A stretch of DNA of 57,385 bases, counting the filler, from Sluysia triapertura (taxonomy: Eukaryota): the NCBI GenBank assembly GCA_046118255.1. It is 4 parts of 4 records of this genome, joined end to end, with 100 filler letters (N's around TTAATTAATTAA, not from the genome) between each part and the next. Parts side by side here need not be neighbours in the genome. Positions count along the whole stretch, not along the records: positions 1 to 12,087 come from JBJNIA010140948.1; 3 more parts are not named here. One strand, written 5' to 3'. This document shows, one piece after another, positions 1 through 12,187 of this stretch. How positions within the stretch are numbered: the stretch's first letter is position 1; each line of letters opens with the position of its first letter. The position numbers and the translations under genes were made by a program. Under the pieces are notes generated by a model. The model saw nothing but the letters and a program-made list of their open reading frames with translations. It did not search any database and had not been told where the DNA came from.

Positions 1-160
1 AACAGTATACAACCTATCACCTAGCTTGTTATCACTGTGAATTCTGTATAGATTATTATTATGTCTCAATGAAATATCCATCTTCATTTCCAATTTTCGT
101 ATTTTTTCCGAAAGATATTCAGGACTTCCGTAATTTAAATTATTGCCATAATTTTAAATT
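1..160 (-). mobile_element. LINE (CR1/L2/Crack-like) ORF2 C-terminal fragment
   Basis: Minus frame reads YGSPEYLSEKIRKLEMKMDISLRHNNNLYRIHSDNKLGDRLYTV. It is an inverted homolog of ~15800-15965. Confidence 0.55.
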
Positions 161-1829
161 CTATTCTTTATATATTAAATAAAGAATGTATTATATATTT
201 ATTATATATATTAAATAAATCATCTTTACAAATTCTATTTTTCATTAATTTATTGTTATAATACACAAAGTTCATTAAGAAATAAATTAAATATAGGTAC
301 ATAATATAGGTATATTTGTGCTTTAATTTTCTATAAATTTTAATTGGTTGTATCTGCAACAAAAGCAAATTCTTTTGTTATTGGTTTAATTTTGCTTTAA
401 AATCCCAAAATTCACTAAAACAATATTTTAAATTAGCTGTTTTCTAAAACTTCAAATTAAAATTAAAGCAGGTAGTTTATTAATTAATTTTAAGATTGTT
501 TATTTATTATCTATTTGATCATATAATTAAAATGATTATAAACAAATTTTAAATATACATACGTTTTAATATACATTTTTGTTTCAAGAACAACGATGAA
601 TAGAAACTTTAAGTATTTTAAATTAAATTATTTAATTTAATTATTTTTACACTTTGAATGATGATAATGAAGCCTTATTATTGGAAAAGGCCTAATTAAG
701 ATTAATGTTGTTATTTCAAAGATTTTACAATATGTTTTTCTGAATATAAATATATTCCTATTAGTTTAGTTATGCCTAAGATTTGTAATTAATGATCTCT
801 GAATTTAATTATTAATAAAATGAAAAATTTTATTAAAAATTGTAATGAAGTGACGATTCTTAATAAATATTTATACAGAATGATTATAATCTAAGTATTT
901 TATTTGGGTAAATAATTAGAAGATTAATTAATTTTTTAATTAATATAATTGTTTCTGGTTGTTATCGATCGATAATGTCGGTTAAGCGAATCTAGTGATT
1001 CACAAACAATGTTTTTGATGGAAATGACAAAGGTATTTGTAACAGAAGGTATGTGTCAAATAAAATATCCGTTGAATTTTTCGTTTATCAAAGTTTAAAT
1101 AGTTTTAAAGAGATAATTCAAATTCTTCTTCATGTCCTGATCAATTTTCCTTTTAACTCAGAATGATTGATTGTTGTTATTAAAATACAAAATAGCTTTA
1201 TTTATTCCACAGAACAAAAAACGGTTTACCTGAAATTTTTCTGACATTACATTATTATAAAATATCATTAATCAAAACTTGTCCAGAAACATTTATCAAA
1301 TGATTTCAAATATAATTGACATTATAAATTTACCACTAAATTTTGACTAATTTTCGATTATTATTAATATTATAACGTGGCCTTAATTTCATTGGCTATA
1401 TCATTTTATGGTCAGTTGTTTTCTTAGTTTACTGATTACTCATCATTTGAAACAGTGCCACAATAAAAATATGCTCATATTATTTTCATTATAGCAAGAT
1501 TTGGTCGTATTTATTCTGTGCACTTTTAATGTGAGTGATACTCCCACAATTGAACTTTATTTAGTACTCCAAAATTTATAATTGTAACTAAAATATTTCC
1601 ACATTTTCTGTTTGAAATATTTATTAATTTAATTCCAATTTTATATTACATCAAATTTTATTTAATTTAATTTTAATTATTATTTATTCATTTCATTTTA
1701 AAAAGTTTGATTAGATATAATATCTTTATATCTTGTTTGAATCATTTTGAAATGTAATTGGTTATACCTATAATATCATAAAATAAAACAAATCAAAAAT
1801 GCATTTTAAATAAATCAAAAAATATTTTA

Positions 1830-1950
1830 ATAACTTGCGCTCATATCTACTGCAAAAGTACTCAAAAGCGCTTAAAGTAAACCATTCACCATAATATTTC
1901 TGAAACAGAAAGAACTTTGCCTTTTCATAATCTTCCAGCAATTTGACATG
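1830..1950 (-). mobile_element. LINE 3'-end fragment, same family as 15825-16110
   Basis: VKLLEDYEKAKFFLFQKYYGEW matches 16005-16110 at nucleotide and peptide level. Confidence 0.55.
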
Positions 1951-3974
1951 AACATTAATGTAGTTAATGAACATTAACTTCGTTAGAACTATATTTTATT
2001 AAACATATTTTATGAACATTATTTTTAACATTATTATCTCGTTTTAAGATTACAACCCTAAAAGAACTTAACAAATGTAAATTTATTACTTTTTATTGCA
2101 AGTAAAAAATTAACTCGCAACTTAAATTCACTAAAATTTATAATTTAGTTAAAAATTAACCTAGCCTGTTACGGTCCAGGACAAAAGATTAGAATAAATA
2201 GACTTATTCAAAAAACTTTATCTATGCATGAAAATATTCTTGATGATATCTGGTATCCGAAGAACTGTAAAAATTGCGTAGATAAAATAAATTGTGATGA
2301 CTTAACGTGTGTGTAAATCCAAATTTTCATTGTATATTTATATTAATAATCGCCATCTTGTTTTTATTTATGACATTGATTTAGTTAAACAAAATTATTT
2401 CTTCTTTTATAAAATCATTGAATATTTTACTTTTTCTAATTTATTATAATTTTAACTTTTTTAATATTATAATAAAAATAATATTTAAATAACAGAAATA
2501 TTTTGTTTTGCAATAATAAAAATAATATTTACATAAAATAATTTCAAATAAAAACAAATTAAAATATCCATCACTTAAAAATGTATCAATTAAAATGTTT
2601 GTTAAAACATTGTTAATCCAACAAATCCGCCGCTACGACATTCTATTATACTATCATTATTCTAAGGCACTTTAGTCCGTACACCCAACACTTTATTATA
2701 TGCCTTAAGAACCGTAAAAGGACCGAACATATTTCAATATCAAAATTTCTGTGTGGAAATCTTAGACTTATCATTAATCTAATGAGTTTTATATTGAATA
2801 CGAACAATAATTATTTATGTATAAAGCCAATAAAAGATCAACATGATTATTCTAATATCCAATACAATAAAACAGTGACTGATTACATAAAAGTTTACAT
2901 GCATGTCTTAAGAAATATGATGAACTCTGAATACATGATGTGGCTGTGCTGAAATACGGGTACTTAGAATTCGTTGCTTGTGTTTTTTTGAATTTATGTT
3001 TGTTGAATTATATAAATCAATTAGCTCACTAAATTGTAGATATTTGAAAGTAAAATTAAGAAATAAAGTTACGAGAATTTGATAAGGATTTCTTAAAAAG
3101 CGAAACAAATTTTAACAAGTTGAAACCAATGAAATTTAAAAATCAATTCGTTTTCTGAAATATAATTACATATCAGTAAAGTTTCCGACATTCATCAATA
3201 AACTTTCGTATTAGAATAGTATTTCACACATTTTTAAGTGAAAAAAATTTATTAGGAGAATATGATAAGAATCTTCTAAACCGGAACTTATAGATAGATT
3301 AAAAAGTCAAAACAAACTTAACCAAATCATAATTTTTTCATAAATTACATAGGGCCATATTTTATATTAGCAATATCATATTCCTTTGTTTATTAGTGTC
3401 TGTAAGTTAATTTATCAGGAATATTCATATAATTTGTGACTCTAATCAAGTTTCAAATAATAAAACTAAATTTACATTTCTTCCAACGGACAACTTATTA
3501 ATATCCTCCTTCAAGATCTCATAACGTGACTAATTAAAGTTGCGAAAACAAACAAAATATATAGTAACATCAGTACAACTTTGTTAAAGTTTAAAGTTTA
3601 CGGCAACATAAATAATTTTCATTACCATTAAAATAATTTATAAAGAAATATTTATTGTATCACCAATAATACAATGTATTCTTGAAAGTCCAATTTATAT
3701 TATGAAAATTTTTAAACACCTTTACTCAAATTATTTTAATTTAAAATTAAATTTTAAGCCTACATTATGAAGCATTTAAAATTCATTTATTATATATTTA
3801 TTTATTTATAAAATTTATTTATTTTATTACAAAATTTTACAAAGAAAAAGTTATTTAATAGACAGCAATAAAAATAATTAGTTTAAAATTAAAGCCATAA
3901 TTTAAGTTCTGAATATTTTAAATATGAATTATTACCATCATTAAATCGGGATTGAGAAAATGTATTAAAATAAT

Positions 3975-4030
3975 ATTTTACGTGGATTTTAAAATTTCCA
4001 CTACTAAAGTCGAAATTACCTTATAAATTA
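3975..4030 (+). repeat. dispersed repeat, homolog of ~43935-43985
   Basis: gtggattttaaaatttccactactaaagtcgaaatt vs gtggattttagaatttctacttctaaagttgaaatt. Confidence 0.5.
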
Positions 4031-4526
4031 AATAAAAGATTTTAAATTTCTTCATAATAGTTGATACTAAATCTGTGACTAAATCTTTGTTAGTATCATA
4101 TCCAAATAAAATATGATACTAAATTGTCTTTGTGATTCAACTAGTATATATACAAGTCAACATCCAACCATAATCGATTAGAATTCTAGAATTTGCTAAA
4201 ATACTTTAGAAAATAATTTTCTTTTTTGGAAAATCACTTCCTTTTTTGTGTTTTTTGAGATTTTTTCTATTGTGTAATGGCAACCTAACAAAATAATATT
4301 TGCAAATATTATATATTTATTTGATTATCGATTTGAAATTTGTTATTTCGAAATTAGGTATTCGAAATATATTTACTCATTTGCAAAAATTAATATTTTT
4401 TGTATTTCTACAATACAAAAAGTTAAAGAAGATTTGTAGAAGTGGCTTTTGGTACTTGCAAACTTCAATTTTTTCTACAATTGAAAAAAATTAGTGGGTT
4501 ATTAATTAAAATTCTAAAACATTCTA

Positions 4527-4610
4527 AAATTGATTACAATAAAAACAAGAACTGAACAGGAAGAAGGTTCTGAATTCAAATCGCATTTAGTCCATTTATG
4601 AAGTTTAACA
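4527..4610 (+). mobile_element. degenerate 3' part of the tRNA-bearing LTR-like element
   Basis: Ends ...agtccatttatgaagtttaaca, matching the family 3' end agtccattttatgaagtctaaca. Confidence 0.55.
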
Positions 4611-4855
4611 AATTAATATTTTAATGCAATAAAATAAAAGCTACTGTAAGACCAAAATAAATAGTAAACTTAATTAAATTTTTTCCTCAAAATTAACACA
4701 AATTATTTGTATCATTATCTCTTTTACTTATGCATTTTCATGTTTTAAATCTAAAATATGCCTCCTCAAATACTTAAAAGAAAAAATACATAAAGCATGA
4801 AAAATATTATAATAATTTTAATAATTTTGTAATGTAAAATAAATCTTGAATGCCA

Positions 4856-4895
4856 TGTTTCTAATAATCTTGTTTCACCAAGATTATTAGAAACA
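4856..4895. repeat. perfect 17-bp inverted repeat with 6-nt loop
   Basis: TGTTTCTAATAATCTTG-tttcac-CAAGATTATTAGAAACA. Confidence 0.85.
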
Positions 4896-6675
4896 CACAA
4901 TTCGAGTAAATTTTTAATGCTTTTAATATTTATTATTATCGTTCGTACTCAGAAATTCATTTTTTTGGCCAAACAGGCAGCCCATGTAAAATTAATAAAT
5001 AAATAAAATTAAAATATTTTATTTTATTCAAAAATGCACTTAAACAAAAGGCAACAAAAACAACATATTGAAATTCTTATGTAAATGTCACAAAAGTTTG
5101 AATTATTGACAGATATAGCTCAGGTGATAATTAAATTTCACTTTAGTTCTCCTTGTTTCTATTGGAAAAGGTGGAAGTGCACTTTAAATTTTATTTAATA
5201 AACAACCAAGTATATGATAGATACAAGCAAACTAAATTATTTGTATATTGTTTAGTTTACTAGTCGAGAAATTGAAATCTATAACATAGGTATATCAATC
5301 AATAAAGCTAGTGAAATACTTTTAAATGTATGTTATTGTTTTGTTAGTGTTGAGTATAACTTATATTAGATTATTGTAATAAATGTATTTAGTACAAAAA
5401 TAACCTTTAAATTAATTTTAAATAATTAGAGCTGTAATTGATAAGTTAGTTTTAAATGATTACATTATTAAATAGATAGATCACTTATAAATTATGCCCA
5501 AATTAATTGCTGTAGTAGATTTATAAGTTTTTTTCTCTATTTGTTTTGTTACTTTTAGTCGAATGTTAAATTTATTTTTATATTATCTACGACTATGCTT
5601 ATATTACCGATTATTTTTTACTTATTAAAATAACTATTTGCAGTTACTTTTCTTTGATTTATTATCTGTTATAAATATGCTACGACGTTTGCTTGGCTAC
5701 GGTTAAGCAGAAGGAAGAATGTAAATTTTATCAAAAGAATATGGATTAAAACGATAATAACTAAACGAGAATTCGAATAATATGTTTAATTCGTGCAAGA
5801 AATAAAGTTTTTAAAGATTTAATACATTTAATAGTAATAGTAACATTAATTACATAAAAGAAAAGGTATTGGTTTGTTCAATATTGATCATATCCAACCA
5901 AATGTGAATTGGCTACCTCAGTGTCAGTTAACAATTCATTGGATCTATGAGGATCAGAACAAATAACTGAAAACAATAAAATTTTTACAATAATTAATTC
6001 ATTATTTTAGTTTATTATCAAAATATTTTATTATAATATTTTAATACCATTATTATAATTGATATTTCTCTATTGAAACTTAATGGATTAATTTAACAAT
6101 TGAAATCTTTTATTTTAATGTTTTAATTCACTATTATTAATTGATATCTTCTATGGAATTTTAATGAATTATTTTAACAATTGATTATATTATATTTTTA
6201 CTACTGAATGGATTTTATAATAACACAAAAGATGAATATAAATTCCGTTAAAGCTCTCACAAGATGTAACAAGATAAAACATTTTAAAATGCTAACACAC
6301 CTACAGTGGTTATGGCTCCGATGACATTTGGATTTGACAGAGAAAACCACGTGATGGATTTTATTATAGACCATTTAATTCCATAAATCATAGTAAGATT
6401 TCTTTAAATTTCTTAAAAAGTGTCATAATATTTAAGGCGAACCAAGTTGTTGAATTGACTATTTTGCACGTAAGTTAACTAAAAAAAACGTAGCAGATCA
6501 AAATTAATGCATATGACATATATGTGATTATATCAAAATCAAACAAAATATAAATAATACAAAAGGAAAATAAATATCTGGCTCAGTTTGACAATAAAAA
6601 TTTATAAAATTTATTGGAAGTTAATTGTTAAAAGGCAAAAGAATGCCGAAGATTATACCATTAAAAGTACCAAAA

Positions 6676-6980
6676 AATGTTAATTAAATATATCGTAAAG
6701 GTGATTTTAACTCAGATAAAATAAACGATAGTTACGAAGAAATATCTTGCAAAGTTTGTCAACTTAGATAAACTAAACCAAAATGTTAATGAAACACATT
6801 GTAATGATTATTTAACTCTGATGAAGTAAGCGACTGTTACGATGAAGTACCTTGGTAAAATAAATCCAAACGTTAAGATAATGTATTGCAAAGATAATCT
6901 AAATTTTCATAAAATAAACGATAGGTCCGATAATTAATTTATAAAATCTGTGTTAACCTAGATAAAATAAATAAAAAATC
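6676..6980 (+). repeat. degenerate ~105-bp tandem repeat (about 3 units), possibly a decayed repeat-protein ORF
   Basis: Recurrent aaatgttaa / ataaaataaacgatag / aac.tagataaa blocks; peptide-like units DKINDS..CK.C.NLDK. Confidence 0.5.
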
Positions 6981-7187
6981 TGAGGAAAATATTATAAAGA
7001 ATCCAACAGATCTAATGAATGAAATTTATCACAAAACCCATTATGAAGTTATCAACTTGTTTGATGGAAAGTACAACATGATGGAGACAATGCTAAATAT
7101 TACAAATGATCGTCAAAATAACTGTTGTAGCAACACGAAGTATATGGAATCAAAACGTAAAGTATAATTTTTTATCCAATATTATTG

Positions 7188-7343
7188 TGTTGGGGTAAAA
7201 GGCCTAAAGTGCCATTTGGTAAAATTGAATTAAATAAAAATGAAATTGTTAGAAGGGGCTGATAGCTCAGTGGTAGAGCATCGACTGCGCAGACGATAGT
7301 CCCGGGTTCGATCCCCGATCAGTCCATTTTATGAAGTCTAACA
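7188..7343 (+). mobile_element. tRNA-bearing LTR-like element, copy A (solo LTR, candidate TSD ATTG)
   Basis: TGTT...AACA termini; ATTG at 7184-7187 and 7344-7347; near-identical copy at 38917-39075. Confidence 0.75.
7256..7326 (+). tRNA. tRNA-like sequence inside the element (Ala-like acceptor/T arm, Cys-like D and anticodon arm); probably not a functional tRNA
   Basis: Acceptor stem GGGCTGA/TCAGTCC with G3:U70, A box TAGCTCAGTGG, B box GGTTCGATCC, then TTTT. The anticodon arm is irregular (CTGCGCA). Confidence 0.75.
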
Positions 7344-7345
7344 AT

Positions 7346-7458
7346 TGTTAGAGTAAAAAGGCCTAATGTGCCATTTGGTAAAATTGACTATAATAAAATA
7401 AAATTGTTAGATGGTCCCTGGTTCGATCCCCGGTCAGTCTATTTTACGAAGTCTAACA
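7346..7458 (+). mobile_element. tRNA-bearing LTR-like element, copy B (5' half of the tRNA deleted)
   Basis: TGTTAGA...TCTAACA; retains the B box/T arm and the 3' tail. Confidence 0.7.
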
Positions 7459-7460
7459 TT

Positions 7461-7474
7461 TGATGAGCCCGACG
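7461..7474 (+). other. putative primer-binding site (tRNA-Trp type)
   Basis: TGATGAGCCCGACG lies 2 nt after the terminal CA; 12/14 match to TGGTGACCCCGACG, the complement of the eukaryotic tRNA-Trp 3' end as recalled. Confidence 0.55.
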
Positions 7475-9479
7475 ATGTTATTAATGAGTATAACAATTAA
7501 CAACAAAAGTATATATTTATGTTCCATTTTCATATTCATTGGTTTATTTTTTATTATAGAACATTTCCATTTTTATTTAGAGTTTAGTAAAATATTTCTA
7601 GATATATTTTAGTTATAATTTTTTTAAATTACTTAGATGTTTTAGTGTTATTTAAAATTTGTTTTAATTTTTATGTGACTTTATAAATTTGAGTAATTTC
7701 ACAGAGCAAATAAATTATCTAGATAAGCAAAAAGAAACAAAATTCAATTGTTTAATATTTATATTTATGTATTTCCATAAAAACTGCTTTCGTACTAAAT
7801 TGAGTTTTTGTAAAAATTAACAAAAACGTGTATTTATTTTTGTAGGTCTTTGATTAAAATAACTAAAAATACACAAAAATTACTAAATTTAAAGATTAAT
7901 TTAAGATAATAAATAATAATATTCAAGCATTAAGACCAAAAAAAGTTATAAATAATATTTCTTATGATATTATACTTAAGAAATTCAAATACATTTAAAT
8001 CAATACACAACAACATTGCTTTTCTTTGGTTAAAATAGTTTAAATTTTATTTATCAATTTTATAATTAATATTACAGTTAGTACTATAATTATTACTGTT
8101 TTTGTTTTGTCAAATTTTTAAAAATTACACTTTGCTGACATTTATTTAAACGATGATTAATAATCTTTTGTATTTATTTTTCTAATTTAATTAAATTTAA
8201 ATTCAAATTTGATTAATTTTATTTTGACACGATGTGTTTTATTTAAATAATGTTTTTTATTTATTTAATGTTATGAAATTTGTTTTTATTAGTAATACAT
8301 GTATTTTTTATTTCAATTTAATCAATAAAAATAATATATAAGAATAATATACTCGATATATATAATTTTAATGTATAGTTTTTATGTATACGATTATAAT
8401 GAATGAAATGAGAAGACACTTCAAAAAAGGTATATTTTTATTATAATTAATATTAAAATGAATGGAAAATTTAAAATTATGACCTCATTCAAGTATAATA
8501 GATGTTTTCAAATAAATTTTTTTAGTATAATAATAATAATAACAATAATAAAAAGACTTAATATAAATTCAAGGTTAATATTAAGGTTAATTATAATCAA
8601 GATTTTATTTCAAAATTACTGAAACATATATTTAAGAAGCACCATTATATATATAATGTATATAATTTTAATTTTTTTAATTTAATTTAACATAATTTTA
8701 ATTTTATTAACAAAAAAATTTGAAATAAGTTCAGTGATCACATTTTTAGTATTATGAAAGGTAAAAAGGATAAAATTCAACAGCAACTTCAAGAAGTACA
8801 TAATGAATCGTGTCAAACATATCGGAGTTCATATATTTCTGAAAAAATTTAAAGTAGATATTCATTTAAGTATGAAAATTTATCAGAAAAGTAAAATAAA
8901 TAGTTAGCACAAAAAAGTAAATATCACTCAAGGGAATGTTACTCCAGCATCACATTTTGTAGAAGAAAAATGTGATAATAATAATCTTTAATAAAAATAT
9001 ATTTTTTAATTTTCCTAGACACTTGGACTTCTCAAATAATATTCCAATTACCGAATGTGCCGTTTCTCGCACTAAGTATTAAAACATCGATCGTATGAAT
9101 AAAATTCTTTTCTACTTTTAACGAAATACTTATATCAGAACAGCTTCTACCTATTGGAAAAACTTAATGACCTTTTAATGATTTAGCCAATTAAATCTTT
9201 CTAATCTATTATTCTTTTTGAATCATACATAGCAAACTTCTTTCACTAATCCACGAAAATAATCTTATAAACCCAAATCGAGTTCAGATGGTTGTACCGA
9301 ACATAAACATAAAAATAAGACTTGATTGTAGTGTGCTATGAACTTATAAAGCGCATACTGACTTATATGAATCTGCATATGGAAACCTATAGTGTAATTA
9401 GTGTAATTGCTGCAGATATCAAAATGAGTTTATCAATGAATGAGTTTAGAGAATACATGTAACAAATTTCAAATAACAT

Positions 9480-10890
9480 TAAACCCATACTACTTTTGCC
9501 AGAAATGCGTAAGCTTAACGGAGCTGAGGAAGCGCTTTGGGACTTCTTTGAATAAGACAGCATAGCAGGAGCTAACAGTTGGAAAGAGATAGTAAAAATT
9601 AAAATAATTGAAAACTACTTAACAGGCGCCACTATCTAAACATATAAAGAAATAGATAACTCAAAAAACAAAATTAGAATACTTATGTTACAGAAAAATT
9701 GCTTCAAATGACAGGAAAATATTGCGAAAAATGATAAGTATTAGAAAACAAAAGCCACTTGAAACTTTATACGAATGTGTTTAGTCGCATGAGCAAAAAT
9801 TCCTGAAAATAAAAGAGAAATGAATTTAATAGATATATTTAAAAGTAGGTTACAATCTGAATTAAGTTTATTAGATAACTAATCCTTTAAGGAAGTAGTT
9901 AAGACATTAAGAGGCATTGAAAGATAGTATAAGTTAAAAAAAGTAATAAGAGAGTAATCATCCAGGGTATAATTTAAAAATTACAGATACGAATTATTAA
10001 GGGATTTATATATCGGAACAGAAAGGAATCAACCCAAAGAATGTGAAATTAAATACTTATTTTAATAATAAAATAGACTTACTACCACCTAGGATTAATG
10101 TTTTTAGAGAAGATATAATAGACATTGCGAACAAAACTGGCAATAGCAATAAGAAACCCAGATTTAGTAGCACCACTATTACCATTGGAAGGTTAACGGA
10201 AGAAGTTATCTATAACTATAAATATAAAAGGTACAGGTAAAATTCAGACATATTTGGAACCCGAAACTAGAGTCTTAATTTCGAATAGAAAGATAAAACC
10301 AAAATTTATGCACTGTTCTAATGTAATAGCTTCGGTATATAAAATTGATGATAATTTATGGATATCAGATTAAGATTCCCGAAGTAAGAGGTTTAACGGA
10401 ACTGGAAAAGCAAATTGAAATTTCTGGCAACAAAAATATTCCAAATTAAGATATTTACACAAAAGAAGACATAAAGACCGTATGTCCAGAAATCTTATTT
10501 CCTATGAAAAAAGTCAAAAGTGTTAATTGATATAGTGGATAAAATTACTGTATAAAACATGGACAAATAAATTTTGGACTGTTGTTAGAGCCGGACCATT
10601 TTAAAAGGCAGACATATTTCGAGTAGTTTCATAATCCTAGGCCAAGCATTCTCTGAATTGATAGGTATTTACATAGAGCATACCATGGACGAAAAGGATG
10701 AAGTAAAATGGCGGTTGTATTCAGTTTCGCCGACGTCATCGCCATAAAACATAACTTATATGATTTGTGTTAATAATAATTATAATGGAGGAACGTACGT
10801 ACTGTGGATATAAAAATAAATGGAAGAATAATTACAGCATTAATAGACACTGGAGTGGTAGTCTCACCAATAAATGAAAATTTGATAATG
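9480..10890 (+). mobile_element. decayed Ty3/gypsy gag-protease remnant
   Basis: Aspartic protease motif VDIKINGRIITALIDTGVVVSPI at ~10800-10875; gag-like LNGAEEALWDFFE*...ANSWKE upstream; many stops. Confidence 0.6.
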
Positions 10891-10968
10891 ATTTTATTAA
10901 ACTAATGTAAAAGATTAATAGATTTTACCCATAATTTATTCTATACTTAAATAAGGCAATCTTATTAA

Positions 10969-10970
<2 letters not shown>

Positions 10971-11006
<36 letters not shown>
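10971..11006. repeat. (AAT)n microsatellite at the 3' flank of the RLE element
   Basis: Direct reading. Confidence 0.95.
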
Positions 11007-11007
<1 letters not shown>

Positions 11008-12068
11008 CTAAGTCTTATTATATACATATTACTAAATCTATGCCCGAAGGCTGTACATAATGATGATTTACAAACAAACAATAAAACAATAAAAAAGGGA
11101 TCACGAGAAATTTGAAAAATTCTTTTTCAGTTCGATCATTTTTCGAGACCAGATGCTGGAGCTAGAGCTGGAGCTGGAACTTCTTGACTTCGTATTTTGG
11201 GGTATCTTGATAATATGTGGTTAATATAAATTCTATATGAGAGTTTCACCATTCCAAAGGCGATTTCTACCAGGACTTTGTTGATGTCTGATTTAATGAA
11301 TTTAAAATTTGGTAGAGTTTTGAAGTTTTCAGAGTAAATAGTACCAAGAGAAGGGATTTGAACTTTAGACCGAGTGACTTTAGATAAATGTTGGGAGAAA
11401 GGACGATATTTCAGAGAGTTTTCCTTGTGGACATCAGAGAAAGATTTGAGTTTGTCAAAAGGAGTTTTGGCATCGATAACGTAGAAAGAAGAATTAAATT
11501 GAAAGAGAAGGCCCGGTCTCTGCCTTTTGATTTCATCAGGGACATCTGAGCGATTAGAGAAAAGCTTACACTGAGAATCGCATTCAATGTCAACCCCACG
11601 GTCCCTAAAGAAAGAGCAGATAAGATTTAAAGCAAAGTTATGTCGAAGAGTGATAAGAGAATAGTTGGAAGGACAGTGATTAAGTACGTGGAGCGCGGAC
11701 TCGCACTTAAAGCGGCAACGTCGGCTATGAGTAGAAGTATTAGTTTTTAGATTTTTCGGACAAAAGTTTAAAGACAAAGTGCGAGCTTTGAGTAAGATGA
11801 AGAAGATGTTGTCTGGAAGTTCAGAACTAAGAAGAAATTTATTGTACAGGCGAGATTGCGCGAGGGAAGAAGTTAAGAGGAACTGGCATTTCAGGGATTG
11901 CCATTTAAGAAAATGGGACAATCCAGTCAAGCCCGAGTAACATTGTCCTTCTCATATTTGGTGAATGAAAACGAAGAAGACTGCAAATAAAGTTTAAGAG
12001 TAAATGCATCATTGAGTTAATGATTTATATGATGTTTGAGGACAAACATAATTGAATTGGGTGAGATA
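11007..12068 (-). mobile_element. RLE-clade non-LTR retrotransposon 3' fragment (zinc knuckle, restriction-like endonuclease, 3' UTR), NeSL/R2-group-like
   Basis: ORF 11136-11930 contains CRFKCESALHVLNHC...RHN and RPG(D)LL...YVIDAKTPF...KY; GC is higher than the flanks. The catalytic PD is changed to PG. Confidence 0.85.
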
Positions 12069-12087
12069 TGTTGGGGTAAAAGGCCTA
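12069..12087 (+). mobile_element. 5' end of tRNA-bearing LTR-like element, copy C, cut by the gap
   Basis: tgttggggtaaaaggccta is identical to the starts of copies A and D. Confidence 0.7.
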
Positions 12088-12187
12088 NNNNNNNNNNNNN
12101 NNNNNNNNNNNNNNNNNNNNNNNNNNNNNNNTTAATTAATTAANNNNNNNNNNNNNNNNNNNNNNNNNNNNNNNNNNNNNNNNNNNN
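12088..12187. other. assembly spacer (N44-TTAATTAATTAA-N44)
   Basis: Six-frame-stop linker inside Ns; the same spacer occurs three times. Confidence 0.97.

Noticed and set aside
7256-7326. Bona fide tRNA-Cys/Ala/Arg gene or a classical SINE
   Set aside because: The anticodon arm is malformed and differs between copies. Conserved upstream flank, TG..CA ends and the absence of a tail argue against a SINE.
12132-12143. TTAATTAATTAA motif repeated inside the three N runs
   Set aside because: It is an artificial six-frame-stop contig linker, not biology.
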